From a bacterium (lineage in GTDB: Bacteria; Zhuqueibacterota; Zhuqueibacteria; Residuimicrobiales; Krinioviventaceae): a stretch of 64,000 nucleotides of DNA. Within the stretch, counting starts at the first letter, position 1, and each line of letters opens with the position of its first letter. The notes under the pieces were generated by a model. The model was not told the DNA's origin and ran no database searches. It worked only from the letters and a program-made list of their open reading frames with translations. Below, piece by piece: positions 19,855 to 29,792 of this stretch. The stretch lies in NCBI GenBank assembly GCA_963693055.1, contig OY843751.1, forward strand, positions 4,928,001 to 4,992,000. Reading direction: 5' to 3'. Made by a program: the position numbers and the translations under genes.

Positions 19855-21093
19855 CTAGTATCGCAAACATTCAATAACATCCAGACGTGAGGCCTTGCGT
19901 GCAGGGAAAAATCCCGCCAAAAATCCTATCAAGCCCAAAACTGCTGTGGATGCAATTGCAACAGTCCATGACAACTCCGGATGTCCTACATACTCTTCTA
20001 TGGGTAGCTGGGATATCAGCTTAATCAAAACCACTGCCAATGCCAGACCGATTGCCGCACTCATGCCGATTATCACAAAAGACTCGAACAAAAACTGGCC
20101 CATGATCTGCTTGCTTTTCGCGCCTATAGAGCGCTTTATCCCAATTTCCCGGGTACGCTCCTGGACCACAACATACATAATATTAGCAAGCCCAATACCT
20201 CCAACAATCAGGGTAATAGTGCCAATAATACCCAAAAATATCTTGAAGCCCAGACTGAAATAATATATAAATTTGTCACTTTCCGTTGTATCCCAAATAC
20301 CCAGGGCTTGTTTATCAGTGGGGTCAAATTTTAATTTCTTACCCAAAACCTTATATATTTTCTCTTCCGCAATCTTGTTCCGACGCGGGTCAGCAACCTG
20401 GTATACTACATTACTTACATAAGTATAACCATAAATGGACTGAAACGTGGTCATTGGCATAAATACACGGTCATGGTCACGTGAAGAATAACTGGAAGGC
20501 TGGGTTTTCTCCTGCAATACACCAATAATTCGGAAAGGGATATCTCCAACCATCAAATACTTGCCTATAACCGACGCATTTTCTCCATATAACAAGTCAC
20601 GCAGCTTGTAACCGATAAAACATACCCGCCGTTTCTCCTTTAAATCCATATCATTCAACCATCTGCCGCCGGGACGAGGTAAAACATTTCGCATGGGGCC
20701 ATATTCCGGCAGCATTCCGGCAATGGTTGCCTGGTTGATCTTGTCTCCATGACGTACCGGAACACCATATTTAATAAATTCGGGACTAATGGCACTAAAC
20801 TCACCAACCTCATTACGCATCAGTTCCACATCTTCGGCACGTAAGCGAATGCGCCTCTCCTTGTTATATCCTTGGAATACCATACTGGTTCTTCCCGGCC
20901 ACATGATTGCGATGCTTTCACCCATACCATGCATGTTTTTTTTCATTGATTTTTCAACGCCCACACCAAAAGCCAGCAGCAATACAATGGTCATGGTTCC
21001 CCAGATTATACCAAACATGGTCATAAAGGTTCGGCCTTTGTATTGCCTGAGGTAATAAAATACCTCTCTAATGTTATCTAAAAGCTGGTTCAT
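19855..21093 (-). CDS. MacB/FtsX-like ABC permease
   Basis: GLANIMYVVVQERTREIGIKRSIGA, FPARKASRLD. Confidence 0.93.
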   Translation of the reverse strand: MNQLLDNIREVFYYLRQYKGRTFMTMFGIIWGTMTIVLLLAFGVGVEKSMKKNMHGMGESIAIMWPGRTSMVFQGYNKERRIRLRAEDVELMRNEVGEFSAISPEFIKYGVPVRHGDKINQATIAGMLPEYGPMRNVLPRPGGRWLNDMDLKEKRRVCFIGYKLRDLLYGENASVIGKYLMVGDIPFRIIGVLQEKTQPSSYSSRDHDRVFMPMTTFQSIYGYTYVSNVVYQVADPRRNKIAEEKIYKVLGKKLKFDPTDKQALGIWDTTESDKFIYYFSLGFKIFLGIIGTITLIVGGIGLANIMYVVVQERTREIGIKRSIGAKSKQIMGQFLFESFVIIGMSAAIGLALAVVLIKLISQLPIEEYVGHPELSWTVAIASTAVLGLIGFLAGFFPARKASRLDVIECLRY

Positions 21094-21102
21094 AAGCTCA
21101 CC

Positions 21103-22209
21103 TTAAATGATCTCTTTGATCTTTTTTTCCAGCACTTCATCACCTTCATCAAGACCCGAAGTAATCTCTATGGTAATGGCGTCGCTTAAACCGGTTTCAA
21201 TATATTTTTCAGTGGCTTCTTCACCTTCTGGTGCAGGAAGCATAACAAAAGCAGAATCACTGCGAAAGGTTATCACGCGTTCTGGTAAAGACAGTACACT
21301 ATCTTTTTTCGCGATAATAACATTTACATTTGCAGAGAACCCTGCCCGCAATACGGCATCGTCGGTTTTTTCAATAGCAATTTCTACAGGGAATACCGTG
21401 GTATTGTCTTCTTTACGTGCCTTGAGAGAGATCAACGTTACATGCCCTGCAACTTTTTTGCCCGGTAACGCGCCGATTTGCAAGTCACATTTCATACCTT
21501 CTTTGATTTTACCTACATCAATTTCGTCAACCGTACCCTTGAATATCAAATCATCCATATTAGCCATTTTCATCAGTTCAGTACCCGCCTGATATGATGT
21601 TAAAGGCACAACCGGATCACCAACATTTACACTTTTTTCAAGAATAAAGCCTGAAATGGGGGCCTTGACCACGGTTTCAATATCTGTATCTGCAATTTTC
21701 ACTTTTCCTTTTTCTATCAGATCCAGACCTTCTTTGGCTATCTTGTGGCTCAACACAGCTTGCTCATATTCCTGATTCAGAGTTTCATATTCCTGATCAG
21801 AGATCAGTCCTTTTTCAAGCAGGTTCTTTTTACGGGCTATTTCTTTTTTTACAGTTTCCAGTTCAATCCAGGCACTTTCAACCCGCCGTTTGGCAGCCGC
21901 CAGTTCAAGCGGCGTAGGATCGGGATTCACCTCTAATATAACCTGCCCCTTTTCAACAAAATCCCCTACATCTACTAACAGTTTTCCTACAACTCCTGAA
22001 ACTTTGGACTTTACCGCAATCTCATTTCTGGGTTCTATAGAGCCCACTGCAAGGGCTTTATCTATAATATCTGCACGTGACACCTTGACTGTATTTTGGG
22101 GTGCTTCTTTTTTGCCTGTCTTTGACATAACAACAGCCGCACCGACTACCAATACCAATAAAATAATGATCACGATCCAAACAATTTTTTTTCTGGATTT
22201 CCTTGCCAT
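21103..22209 (-). CDS. MacA-like periplasmic adaptor
   Basis: Start MARKSRKK with RBS GGAGG; TM, KSKVSGVV, APISG, VDEIDVG. Confidence 0.9.
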   Translation of the reverse strand: MARKSRKKIVWIVIIILLVLVVGAAVVMSKTGKKEAPQNTVKVSRADIIDKALAVGSIEPRNEIAVKSKVSGVVGKLLVDVGDFVEKGQVILEVNPDPTPLELAAAKRRVESAWIELETVKKEIARKKNLLEKGLISDQEYETLNQEYEQAVLSHKIAKEGLDLIEKGKVKIADTDIETVVKAPISGFILEKSVNVGDPVVPLTSYQAGTELMKMANMDDLIFKGTVDEIDVGKIKEGMKCDLQIGALPGKKVAGHVTLISLKARKEDNTTVFPVEIAIEKTDDAVLRAGFSANVNVIIAKKDSVLSLPERVITFRSDSAFVMLPAPEGEEATEKYIETGLSDAITIEITSGLDEGDEVLEKKIKEII

Positions 22210-22245
22210 TTGGGTGATACCTCCATAAATGATAAATACCGGAAT

Positions 22246-22283
22246 AAAAAAAGGGCTACATGTATTATTACGCATGCAGCCCT
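22246..22283 (-). terminator. Intrinsic terminator after the YqhD-like gene
   Basis: AGGGCT...AGCCCT imperfect hairpin followed by T7 on minus strand. Confidence 0.65.
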
Positions 22284-22322
22284 GAATTGTTACAAAAATA
22301 GAATGAATAGTTATTACTTATT

Positions 22323-23474
22323 TCATGCGGCAATTTCCAAAATCTGTTCAACTTCTTTAAAGGTGATCTTGCCATGCTCACCCAATTTAACCTTGCGGTT
22401 TTCCAATTGCTTTACTGCTTTACTACAATCTGCCGGTGTCAAATCCACATCTTTTAAACTGACCGGTACCTGCATTTGCTTAAAAAATGCAATCGTTTTT
22501 TCTATTGCAAGATCAATAGCTTTTTCATCATCATGAGTATCAACGCCCCAAACTCTGCGGGCGTATCTGGCCAGCTTTGCTCCCTTTTCTTTACGCTGGT
22601 GTTTCCAAACAGCGGGCATAACAATTGCCAACGTACGGGCATGATCAATACCATACAACGCAGTCAGCTCGTGACCAATCATATGCGTTGCCCAGTCCTG
22701 CGGAACGCCCACACTATTGAGATGGTTCAGCGCCATGGTTGCAGCCCACATAATATTGGCACGTACATCATAATCCTTAGGATTCTCAAGAGCCTTGGGA
22801 CCTTCTTCAATCAATGTCATTAATAGTGCTTCTGCATATCTGTCCTGAATAGGCGCATTTACATCATATGTCATATATTGCTCCATTGTATGTGCAAATG
22901 CATCCACAACACCATTTGATATTTGACGTACAGGCAATGAGAAGGTAGTTTCAGGATCCAGGATTGAAAATTTTGGATAGACATTAGGATTCCCAAAAGC
23001 CAATTTTTCTCCGGTTTCATCTCTCGATATTACCGCATTCATATTCATTTCTGAACCGGTAGCCGGTAAGGTTAATACACATCCAAAAGGCATTGCAGAT
23101 TGAATTTTGGCGCCAGATGTCAAAATATTCCATGGTTCTCCATCAAAATTGACTGCTGCTGAAATAAATTTTACCGCATCTAACACTGAACCGCCACCAA
23201 CGGACAAAACAAAATCTACTTTTTCCCTTTTAATCACATCTACGGCTTTCATACATGTGCTATACTGTGGATTCGCTTCAATTCCGCTGAATTCAACTAT
23301 ATCATAACCTTCTAATGCCTTCATCACCTGCTCATGAACACCGTTATTTTTTATGGAACCGCCACCATAAGCGATCATCACCTTTAAGGATCTATCAATC
23401 AAACGGGACAACTCTTTTATAGTACCTTTACCAAAAACAATTCTTACAGGATTATAAAACTCAAAATTATACAT
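22323..23474 (-). CDS. yqhD: NADPH-dependent iron-containing alcohol dehydrogenase (YqhD-like)
   Basis: YGGGS, GGGSVLD, TLPATGSE, DWATHMIGHELTALYGIDH. Confidence 0.88.
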   Translation of the reverse strand: MYNFEFYNPVRIVFGKGTIKELSRLIDRSLKVMIAYGGGSIKNNGVHEQVMKALEGYDIVEFSGIEANPQYSTCMKAVDVIKREKVDFVLSVGGGSVLDAVKFISAAVNFDGEPWNILTSGAKIQSAMPFGCVLTLPATGSEMNMNAVISRDETGEKLAFGNPNVYPKFSILDPETTFSLPVRQISNGVVDAFAHTMEQYMTYDVNAPIQDRYAEALLMTLIEEGPKALENPKDYDVRANIMWAATMALNHLNSVGVPQDWATHMIGHELTALYGIDHARTLAIVMPAVWKHQRKEKGAKLARYARRVWGVDTHDDEKAIDLAIEKTIAFFKQMQVPVSLKDVDLTPADCSKAVKQLENRKVKLGEHGKITFKEVEQILEIAA

Positions 23475-23562
23475 CTACTATTACTCCTTAATTTTTATTC
23501 CATTATAAAAATAATAAAATCTCTAAATATTTAAAAAGGATTTGTTGCGTAATTTATTCCAT

Positions 23563-23600
23563 AAAAAAAAGCCCTCTGCTTTTTATTACAAACAGAGGGC
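23563..23600 (-). terminator. Intrinsic terminator after MCP
   Basis: GCCCTCTG...CAGAGGGC plus T8 on minus strand. Confidence 0.75.
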
Positions 23601-23633
23601 ATGGCAGGACGTTATTATCAGCTATGCAGATAG

Positions 23634-25676
23634 TTAAAATCTTTCAAACTCGTTGTCAAATGCATCTCCACCATTAGAAGATGCTGTTTCCAGTTGAATA
23701 TGCACACCTCCATTCGCTTTATCGGCACCATTTTTAGCATTGGTTTTTGTAGTTTTTGCAATATTGATTGTCTTGTGCTGCCTTGCTCGTTTTGTGACAT
23801 TTCCAATGTTAAAAAATTCAACCGTCTCAAGCAATTGCTCTGCCTGGCTGGATAATTCTTCAGATGTTGATGACATTTCTTCAGCCGCAGAAGCATTCTG
23901 TTGAATCACCTGATCCAGTTGCTGCATTGCCTTGTTAACCTGCTCAACACCGGTACGTTGTTCTACACTTGCAGCAGAAATTTCCTGTACCAGATCAGCA
24001 GTACGCCGTATATCCGGGACCAGCTCTTTTAACATCGCACCAGCTTTTTCGGCCACCTCGGAAGAAGATCCGGCAAGCGTGTTAATTTCAGCGGCAGTTT
24101 GCTGACTGCGTTCAGACAGTTTACGAACACCTTCAGCAACTACGGCAAATCCTTTTCCATGTTCACCGGCACGGGCAGCTTCAATAGCGGCGTTCAAGGC
24201 GAGTAAATCCGTTTGACGTGCAATCTCTTCAATAATCGAAATCTTGCTTGCAATTTCTCGCATAGCAGCAACGGTTTCATCAACAGCACGACCACTTTCC
24301 TCTGCATCATTGGATGCTTTGGTAGCAATTTTTTCGGTTTGCTGTGCATTGTCGGCATTTGCTTCAATGTTTGAAGCCATCTGTTCCATTGAAGAAGACG
24401 CTTCTTCTGAAGAAGCTGCCTGCTCAGTTGCACCCTGAGACATTTCCTGTGAACTGGAACTCAATTCCATGCTACCGGATGATACATTATCAGCGGCAGT
24501 TTGAACATCCATAATTACACTACGGAGCTTTTCAATCATATTCCGTAACGCCTTGGCCAATTGGCCAATTTCATCATCCTGATCCAGCTCCAGTTCCGCG
24601 GTCAAATCACCGTTGGCAACACTTTTTGCAAACTCTACCCCTTTAATCAATGGAGCCGTAATAATCCGTGTCAGAAATACTGCAAAAGCAATACCTATCA
24701 ACAAAGCGAGTACCAATCCCACTATCATGGTTAAGGATGATGATTTGAGTATGCTCACGGTATCTTTGGCAATACCTTCGGTCTGATTAATACCAGCCAA
24801 AGCAACAGTTTGTGAGCTTTCAAGTACCTGATTTGCAGACTTGTCACGTTTAATATTCAAATCATCCAATGTATACCAATCTTCCAAAATAGCCAAACCC
24901 GTGCTTTTATAAAGGTCTGCAGCAGTTTTGGTGTCATCAATCTCTTTATTATCCTTCGCTTTATGGGTTACTTTCCGCAATTCCAAAAACTTTTCATCCA
25001 TCTGGTTAAATATTGAAGCACTCTGTTCCATCAATGCAGGGCTACGCAATGCCTGAGCTTTCCACACGATTAAACGCGCAGAATTCCCAAGATCTATCAC
25101 ATCATTTACAAGATTCATTTTTGTAACACGTTCTAATAATTTATCATTGCCAACATTATTACGAATATCCGACACCATCTGTGCGTTCTGACTCTGTAAA
25201 AACAAAGCACAACTTTCCATAAAATTTGCCGCCGATTTATCAAGTTGGTTCTGCAACTTGGCTATATTTTGATTGGTTTTCTCAGTCTGATCAACCAAGT
25301 TTCTATAAATATTAACCTGCTCTTCCACTTTCTCAACAGATCCATGCAACTTGACAAGATGTTTTGACTGGTCTGCTAGTTCTAGTGCGTCAGACAAACT
25401 GGATTCTAATTCATCCAGATATTTGCGTCCCTCATCCAAAAACGTTTGTTCTTTTGTAAGTCCATATCCCCTTATATTATACATTGTTAATAAAGAATTA
25501 CGTTCCAGTTGATTTGCAACATCAAATTCAGGAACATATTCATCTGCCAGCATATTGGCTTTTGTTTGAACTCTTGCCATATTAAATATGGCCATAACTC
25601 CCAGAATAATCGAAATGACAATCAAAATCCCGAATCCTAATCCCAACTTTGTACCTAATTTAAAATTCTTAAGCAT
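23634..25676 (-). CDS. Methyl-accepting chemotaxis protein
   Basis: Two TMs, helical periplasmic domain, HAMP (DEIGQLA), signalling tip [30 protein letters not shown]; C-terminal EFERF; start MLKNFKL with RBS AGGAGG. Confidence 0.95.
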   Translation of the reverse strand: MLKNFKLGTKLGLGFGILIVISIILGVMAIFNMARVQTKANMLADEYVPEFDVANQLERNSLLTMYNIRGYGLTKEQTFLDEGRKYLDELESSLSDALELADQSKHLVKLHGSVEKVEEQVNIYRNLVDQTEKTNQNIAKLQNQLDKSAANFMESCALFLQSQNAQMVSDIRNNVGNDKLLERVTKMNLVNDVIDLGNSARLIVWKAQALRSPALMEQSASIFNQMDEKFLELRKVTHKAKDNKEIDDTKTAADLYKSTGLAILEDWYTLDDLNIKRDKSANQVLESSQTVALAGINQTEGIAKDTVSILKSSSLTMIVGLVLALLIGIAFAVFLTRIITAPLIKGVEFAKSVANGDLTAELELDQDDEIGQLAKALRNMIEKLRSVIMDVQTAADNVSSGSMELSSSSQEMSQGATEQAASSEEASSSMEQMASNIEANADNAQQTEKIATKASNDAEESGRAVDETVAAMREIASKISIIEEIARQTDLLALNAAIEAARAGEHGKGFAVVAEGVRKLSERSQQTAAEINTLAGSSSEVAEKAGAMLKELVPDIRRTADLVQEISAASVEQRTGVEQVNKAMQQLDQVIQQNASAAEEMSSTSEELSSQAEQLLETVEFFNIGNVTKRARQHKTINIAKTTKTNAKNGADKANGGVHIQLETASSNGGDAFDNEFERF

Positions 25677-25677
25677 T

Positions 25678-26223
25678 TTACGCCTCCTGCGCTTCAAGTT
25701 CTTTTTTCAGTTCTTTATTTCCTTTTTTACTTTTCGGCTTTTCTTCAGACTGTTGAATATTGATTATATCATCAATTGAAAATATTTTATCAATATCCAG
25801 TAAAATAATAAAATCTTTTTCACTTTTTCCCATACCTTGTATGAAATCATTATTCACACGTGTACCCATTTTGGGTGCTGCTTCAATCTGGTCCTGTAAT
25901 AACTCTATCACTTCATTAACAGAGTCAGCCAGTAATCCCAATGTTATAGATTCACCATCCAGCATCACCTCAACAATGATGATACAGGTATCACGTGTAT
26001 GCTCTACCTGGCCCATTGCAAATTTCATCTTCATGTCAACTACAGGTACAACACTGCCACGCAAATTAATAACACCCAACATAAAATCAGGTGTACGCGG
26101 TACTTTGGTAATTTTGGTCAAATCCAATACTTCTTTAACTTTTGCAATATTTATCGCGTACAATTCTTTATCAAGTTTAAAGGATAAATACTGAGGAAAA
26201 TCATTTTGCACATCTTGAGTCAT
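25678..26223 (-). CDS. cheW: Chemotaxis coupling protein CheW
   Basis: [42 protein letters not shown]; start MTQDV with RBS GGAGG. Confidence 0.95.
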   Translation of the reverse strand: MTQDVQNDFPQYLSFKLDKELYAINIAKVKEVLDLTKITKVPRTPDFMLGVINLRGSVVPVVDMKMKFAMGQVEHTRDTCIIIVEVMLDGESITLGLLADSVNEVIELLQDQIEAAPKMGTRVNNDFIQGMGKSEKDFIILLDIDKIFSIDDIINIQQSEEKPKSKKGNKELKKELEAQEA

Positions 26224-26227
26224 CTGC

Positions 26228-26878
26228 CTACCTCCCATTCAATTCTTGAACTAGATCTATATTATAATCATATTTAATTCCTACTACGGTATTGTTAGGT
26301 GATAACAAAAAAATGGTGTTGCCTTTACAATCAAATTGATCGCATTCATGGTTATGGATAGTAACCTTGATCTTGCCTGAAATTTCACCCTTGATCAATA
26401 CAAATGCTCTTGAAGGGGTTTCACAAAGTTTTAAAAGCTCAACCCGCCGCTCTTTTAAATAGTATAAAATTGAATCCAAAGTCCGTTGACGATTTATCAA
26501 CTTGTCCAATTCTTCCTGAACATTACCAGAAATATTCTCTTCAATGGAGGTAGAAATAACTTTTATTCGTTGTTCAAGACTTGCAATTTCTTCTTCCACT
26601 GCTTCAAGTTTATCTTCAATATCATAATCGCTTCCAACTTTGAAATGCATGACAGCATTTTCAGCCACCTCCACATCTTTGACAATTATCCTTTCTCCTG
26701 CCACCAAAATTGAATTTTGAGCGCTTTTTACCTTACCATCTATCTGAATCGTCTCGGCAGCAAAAAGACATGAATTTTGCACATCATTTTCTACAAATAT
26801 ATTCTGACGTGTTTTATATATTTTATTTTGAATAGATTTACATTCAATATTTGATTCTAAAAGTGAAACCGAACACAT
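26228..26878 (-). CDS. FapA/DUF342-like C-terminal domain protein
   Basis: Beta-solenoid-like repeats (VQNSCLFAAETIQI, ILVAGERIIV), central coiled coil, IKGEISGKIKVTI tail; start MCSVS after GAGGG. Confidence 0.6.
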   Translation of the reverse strand: MCSVSLLESNIECKSIQNKIYKTRQNIFVENDVQNSCLFAAETIQIDGKVKSAQNSILVAGERIIVKDVEVAENAVMHFKVGSDYDIEDKLEAVEEEIASLEQRIKVISTSIEENISGNVQEELDKLINRQRTLDSILYYLKERRVELLKLCETPSRAFVLIKGEISGKIKVTIHNHECDQFDCKGNTIFLLSPNNTVVGIKYDYNIDLVQELNGR

Positions 26879-26974
26879 AACCACCCTCAACACTTTTTTA
26901 AACTTGTAAACAACACCCTGATAAAAACCACCCACCATTTAATAATTGATAATCAATATTATGGCAATTCTATA

Positions 26975-26989
26975 TCAAAATTCGTACCA
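26975..26989 (-). promoter_or_regulatory. sigma54 -24/-12 promoter for the FapA-like/cheW/MCP operon
   Basis: Minus strand TGGTACGAATTTTGA (GG-N10-GA variant of TGGCAC-N5-TTGC). Confidence 0.55.
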
Positions 26990-27052
26990 AAACCGCAAAC
27001 CCTTTATAAACAATGCATTAGTGCGACGATCACAAAAAGGATAAACTTTAAT

Positions 27053-27203
27053 TTGCCATTTTGACAATTTTTAAAAATGGATTAAATTCGGTCCTAAACA
27101 AGAAAATATAAAATTATTTACGCACAACACGTAAATAATCGACCATTTTAGAAATTTGGGCTATTTTAGAAATGAAATTCCCCAAATTGTCATTTTGACA
27201 ATT
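27053..27203. promoter_or_regulatory. Candidate enhancer (UAS) sites for the adjacent sigma54 response regulator
   Basis: AATTGTCA-ttt-TGACAATT (27185-27203), TTGCCA-ttt-TGACAA (27053-27067), and two ATTTTAGAAAT direct repeats between them. Confidence 0.6.
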
Positions 27204-28549
27204 TAATATTGATATGAATGAAGTTTACGATACAGCGTCTTTAAGCCAATATCTAATAGTCTGGCGGTTTTCTCTTTGTCGTGATTACAGTATTCATAAA
27301 CCTTGAGGATGTGTTTGCGTTCAACAGTTTGGAGTGTGTCAATTTGTTCTTCACTGAGCTGTTCTGCTTCCTGCCTTGCAAGATGCGCTTTTTGAATTTC
27401 AACAGGCAAATGAATGATCTTGGGCGGTTTCCCTTTTGACAGCAACAATGCCCGGTCAATTACATTTTCAAGTTCCCGTACATTGCCCGGCCAATCATAC
27501 ATCATTAATGCGATAATGAATGATTCAGAAAACTGCATGGTACATTGTTTTCTACGGATAAAATGCTCCATAATTAAGGGTATATCTTGCTTTCTTTCCC
27601 GTAATGGCGGCAGAGTTATCTCGAATCCGGCGAGTCGAAAATAAAGGTCTTTTCGAAACATTCCATTCTCAATTTCCTCTTCCAGATTACGATTTGTAGA
27701 ACAAACAAACCGAACATCCACATTTATCTCTGCAGTTCCTCCTACCCTGCGTACCGTACCGGTTTCAACAACTCGCAAAAGCTTGGCTTGCAGTTCAATA
27801 GGCATTTCTCCAATCTCATCCAGAAACAAGGTCCCCTGATTTGCGACTTCAAATAAACCGTATTTACGATTTATTGCTCCTGAAAAAGCACCTTTTTCAT
27901 GTCCAAAGAATTCACTTTCCAGAAGATCTTGAGGTATAGCTGCACAGTTGACTGGAATAAACGGTTCATTGCTGCGCGAACTTTTTTGATGGATGGCTTT
28001 GGCAATCAATTCTTTACCTGTGCCGCTCTCTCCGGTCACCAGTACAGAAATATCAGAATCAGCAACAGAATCAACCTGTTCAAGAGTTTTGTGTAATTTT
28101 TCAGACTTGCCTGCAATTGCCGGAAATTGTTCACGATGTAACTGTTGTTTCAACTTTTGATTTTTTTCATATAGCAGCTTGTTCTGATATAACCGCTCAA
28201 CCACTTTATTGATTTTATCAAGGTCAAAAGGTTTGGTAAAATAATCATCAGCGCCAATTTTAATTGCCTCAACAGCCCCCTGAATGGATGAATATCCTGT
28301 AACCAATATAACCTGAGCATTGATATCAAACGATTTGATCATTTTCAACAGTTCAATACCATCTATCTTGCTCATAACAACATCAGAGATCACCAGATCA
28401 TACACATACTTTCTATAGAGCTGAAATGCCTCTATTGCAGTACCAATAGTTTCTACATGATACTCTTGACTCTTGAGAAAATCAGCCAGACTTTCCCGCA
28501 GATCAAGATCATCATCCACAATCAATATACTAAAATCGCGGTTCGACAT
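27203..28549 (-). CDS. NtrC/AtoC-family sigma54-dependent response regulator
   Basis: Receiver (VDDD, SDVVM, KPF), GESGTGKE, GAFSGA, LFLDEIGE, WPGNVRELEN, Fis-type HTH. Confidence 0.95.
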   Translation of the reverse strand: MSNRDFSILIVDDDLDLRESLADFLKSQEYHVETIGTAIEAFQLYRKYVYDLVISDVVMSKIDGIELLKMIKSFDINAQVILVTGYSSIQGAVEAIKIGADDYFTKPFDLDKINKVVERLYQNKLLYEKNQKLKQQLHREQFPAIAGKSEKLHKTLEQVDSVADSDISVLVTGESGTGKELIAKAIHQKSSRSNEPFIPVNCAAIPQDLLESEFFGHEKGAFSGAINRKYGLFEVANQGTLFLDEIGEMPIELQAKLLRVVETGTVRRVGGTAEINVDVRFVCSTNRNLEEEIENGMFRKDLYFRLAGFEITLPPLRERKQDIPLIMEHFIRRKQCTMQFSESFIIALMMYDWPGNVRELENVIDRALLLSKGKPPKIIHLPVEIQKAHLARQEAEQLSEEQIDTLQTVERKHILKVYEYCNHDKEKTARLLDIGLKTLYRKLHSYQY

Positions 28550-29615
28550 CCTTGCCCCGCGCTATTGGTAATAAAACTGTAAATGTAGTTCCTTCATACA
28601 ACATGCTGGTAACAAATATAGTCCCATCGTGTTCCTGAACAATGCTATTACAAATAAAAAGGCCTAATCCTGTACCTTTCCCCGGAGGTTTTGTGGTAAA
28701 AAATGGATCAAAAATATGATTTTTAATTTTATCAGGAATCCCATCTCCTGTATCACTAGCACTGATCATAACACATTCTTGCCCCTTGTAAACCATATTT
28801 TTGGTAATAACTGTAATTTTACCATTTGTATGAATAGCATCCATTGCATTGATCAACAGGTTTAACAATACCTGTTCTATTTTGGTTTTGATTGCAAAAA
28901 CTGCTCGTAAATCGGGATCAAGTTGTGTAATAAATTCTATATTGTTTTTCTTGAGTTGTGTTTCTAAAAGACTATTGACAGTTTGTATTAATTTATTAAT
29001 ATCAACAGATTCATAAAACTGGTCAGCATTTCTAGAAAATCCCAACAGATTTTGGATGATATCTGCCATACGGTCAACATTCTCATCAATATTCATGGCC
29101 TGCTTTAAAAGCTTTTCATCATCAATTGCATTGGCAATAATCTTCATCCGGGTTTTAATAACAGTCAGGGGAGTATTTAACTGGTGGGCCATACCCGCAG
29201 CAAGCTGCCCTACAGTTTCCATTTTATGAGATTGGTAAAGTCTTTGCTGAAGCAGTTTTTTCTGGGTTATATCTGTAACCATCAACAAATATACAAAACT
29301 GAGACCATTTTCATTTTTAACAGGCCAGGTCTTGATATTAACCGGGATCAAATTGCCGTTTTTATGAATACATTCTATTTCAAATTCTTCCGCAATTTGT
29401 TTATCGTCAATCTCTATCCAGATCTTTTCAATCGTTTCAGTCCATTTTAGGGGTAGTAATTTTTTAAAGGCAAGCCCTTCTAATTCAGAATGTTCGTATC
29501 CCAGCAACTCACAAAACGCCGGATTTGCACCGGTGATTGTTTGAGCTTTGGCTAAAAATACAATCCCATCTTTACTTGTATCAAATAAAAATTTGTAATC
29601 TGAACAATTGGGCAT
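28530..29615 (-). CDS. Cytoplasmic PAS-domain sensor histidine kinase
   Basis: PAS (ANPAFCELLGY), H-box AHQLNTP, N-box LNLLINAMDA, DTGDGI, FDPFFTTK, GTGLGL; no TM. Confidence 0.93.
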   Translation of the reverse strand: MPNCSDYKFLFDTSKDGIVFLAKAQTITGANPAFCELLGYEHSELEGLAFKKLLPLKWTETIEKIWIEIDDKQIAEEFEIECIHKNGNLIPVNIKTWPVKNENGLSFVYLLMVTDITQKKLLQQRLYQSHKMETVGQLAAGMAHQLNTPLTVIKTRMKIIANAIDDEKLLKQAMNIDENVDRMADIIQNLLGFSRNADQFYESVDINKLIQTVNSLLETQLKKNNIEFITQLDPDLRAVFAIKTKIEQVLLNLLINAMDAIHTNGKITVITKNMVYKGQECVMISASDTGDGIPDKIKNHIFDPFFTTKPPGKGTGLGLFICNSIVQEHDGTIFVTSMLYEGTTFTVLLPIARGKDVEPRF

Positions 29616-29661
29616 ATGAATCAATCAAAATTAATAAAGTATTTGAATATAAATTCATACA

Positions 29662-29676
29662 ACAAGAATAATGCCA
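29662..29676 (-). promoter_or_regulatory. Possible sigma54 promoter for the kinase/regulator operon
   Basis: Minus strand TGGCATTATTCTTGT (GG-N10-GT). Confidence 0.35.
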
Positions 29677-29751
29677 GTCTTGAGAGTAAATCGTAATTAT
29701 ACTATTTTAAAAGCATTTATAAAAAAAACAATCCCCTGATGGTTCTGATAT

Positions 29752-29786
29752 AAAAAAAGGGGCGGTTATTTTTAAGACCGCCCCTT
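29752..29786 (-). terminator. Intrinsic terminator after GH109
   Basis: AAGGGGCGGT...ACCGCCCCTT plus T-tract on minus strand. Confidence 0.8.
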
Positions 29787-29792
29787 GAAAAA

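Noticed and set aside
29170-29195. H-box AHQLNTP (Q after His) as a dead kinase
   Set aside because: HQ H-boxes occur in other kinase subfamilies and the N/G boxes are intact; not enough to call inactive
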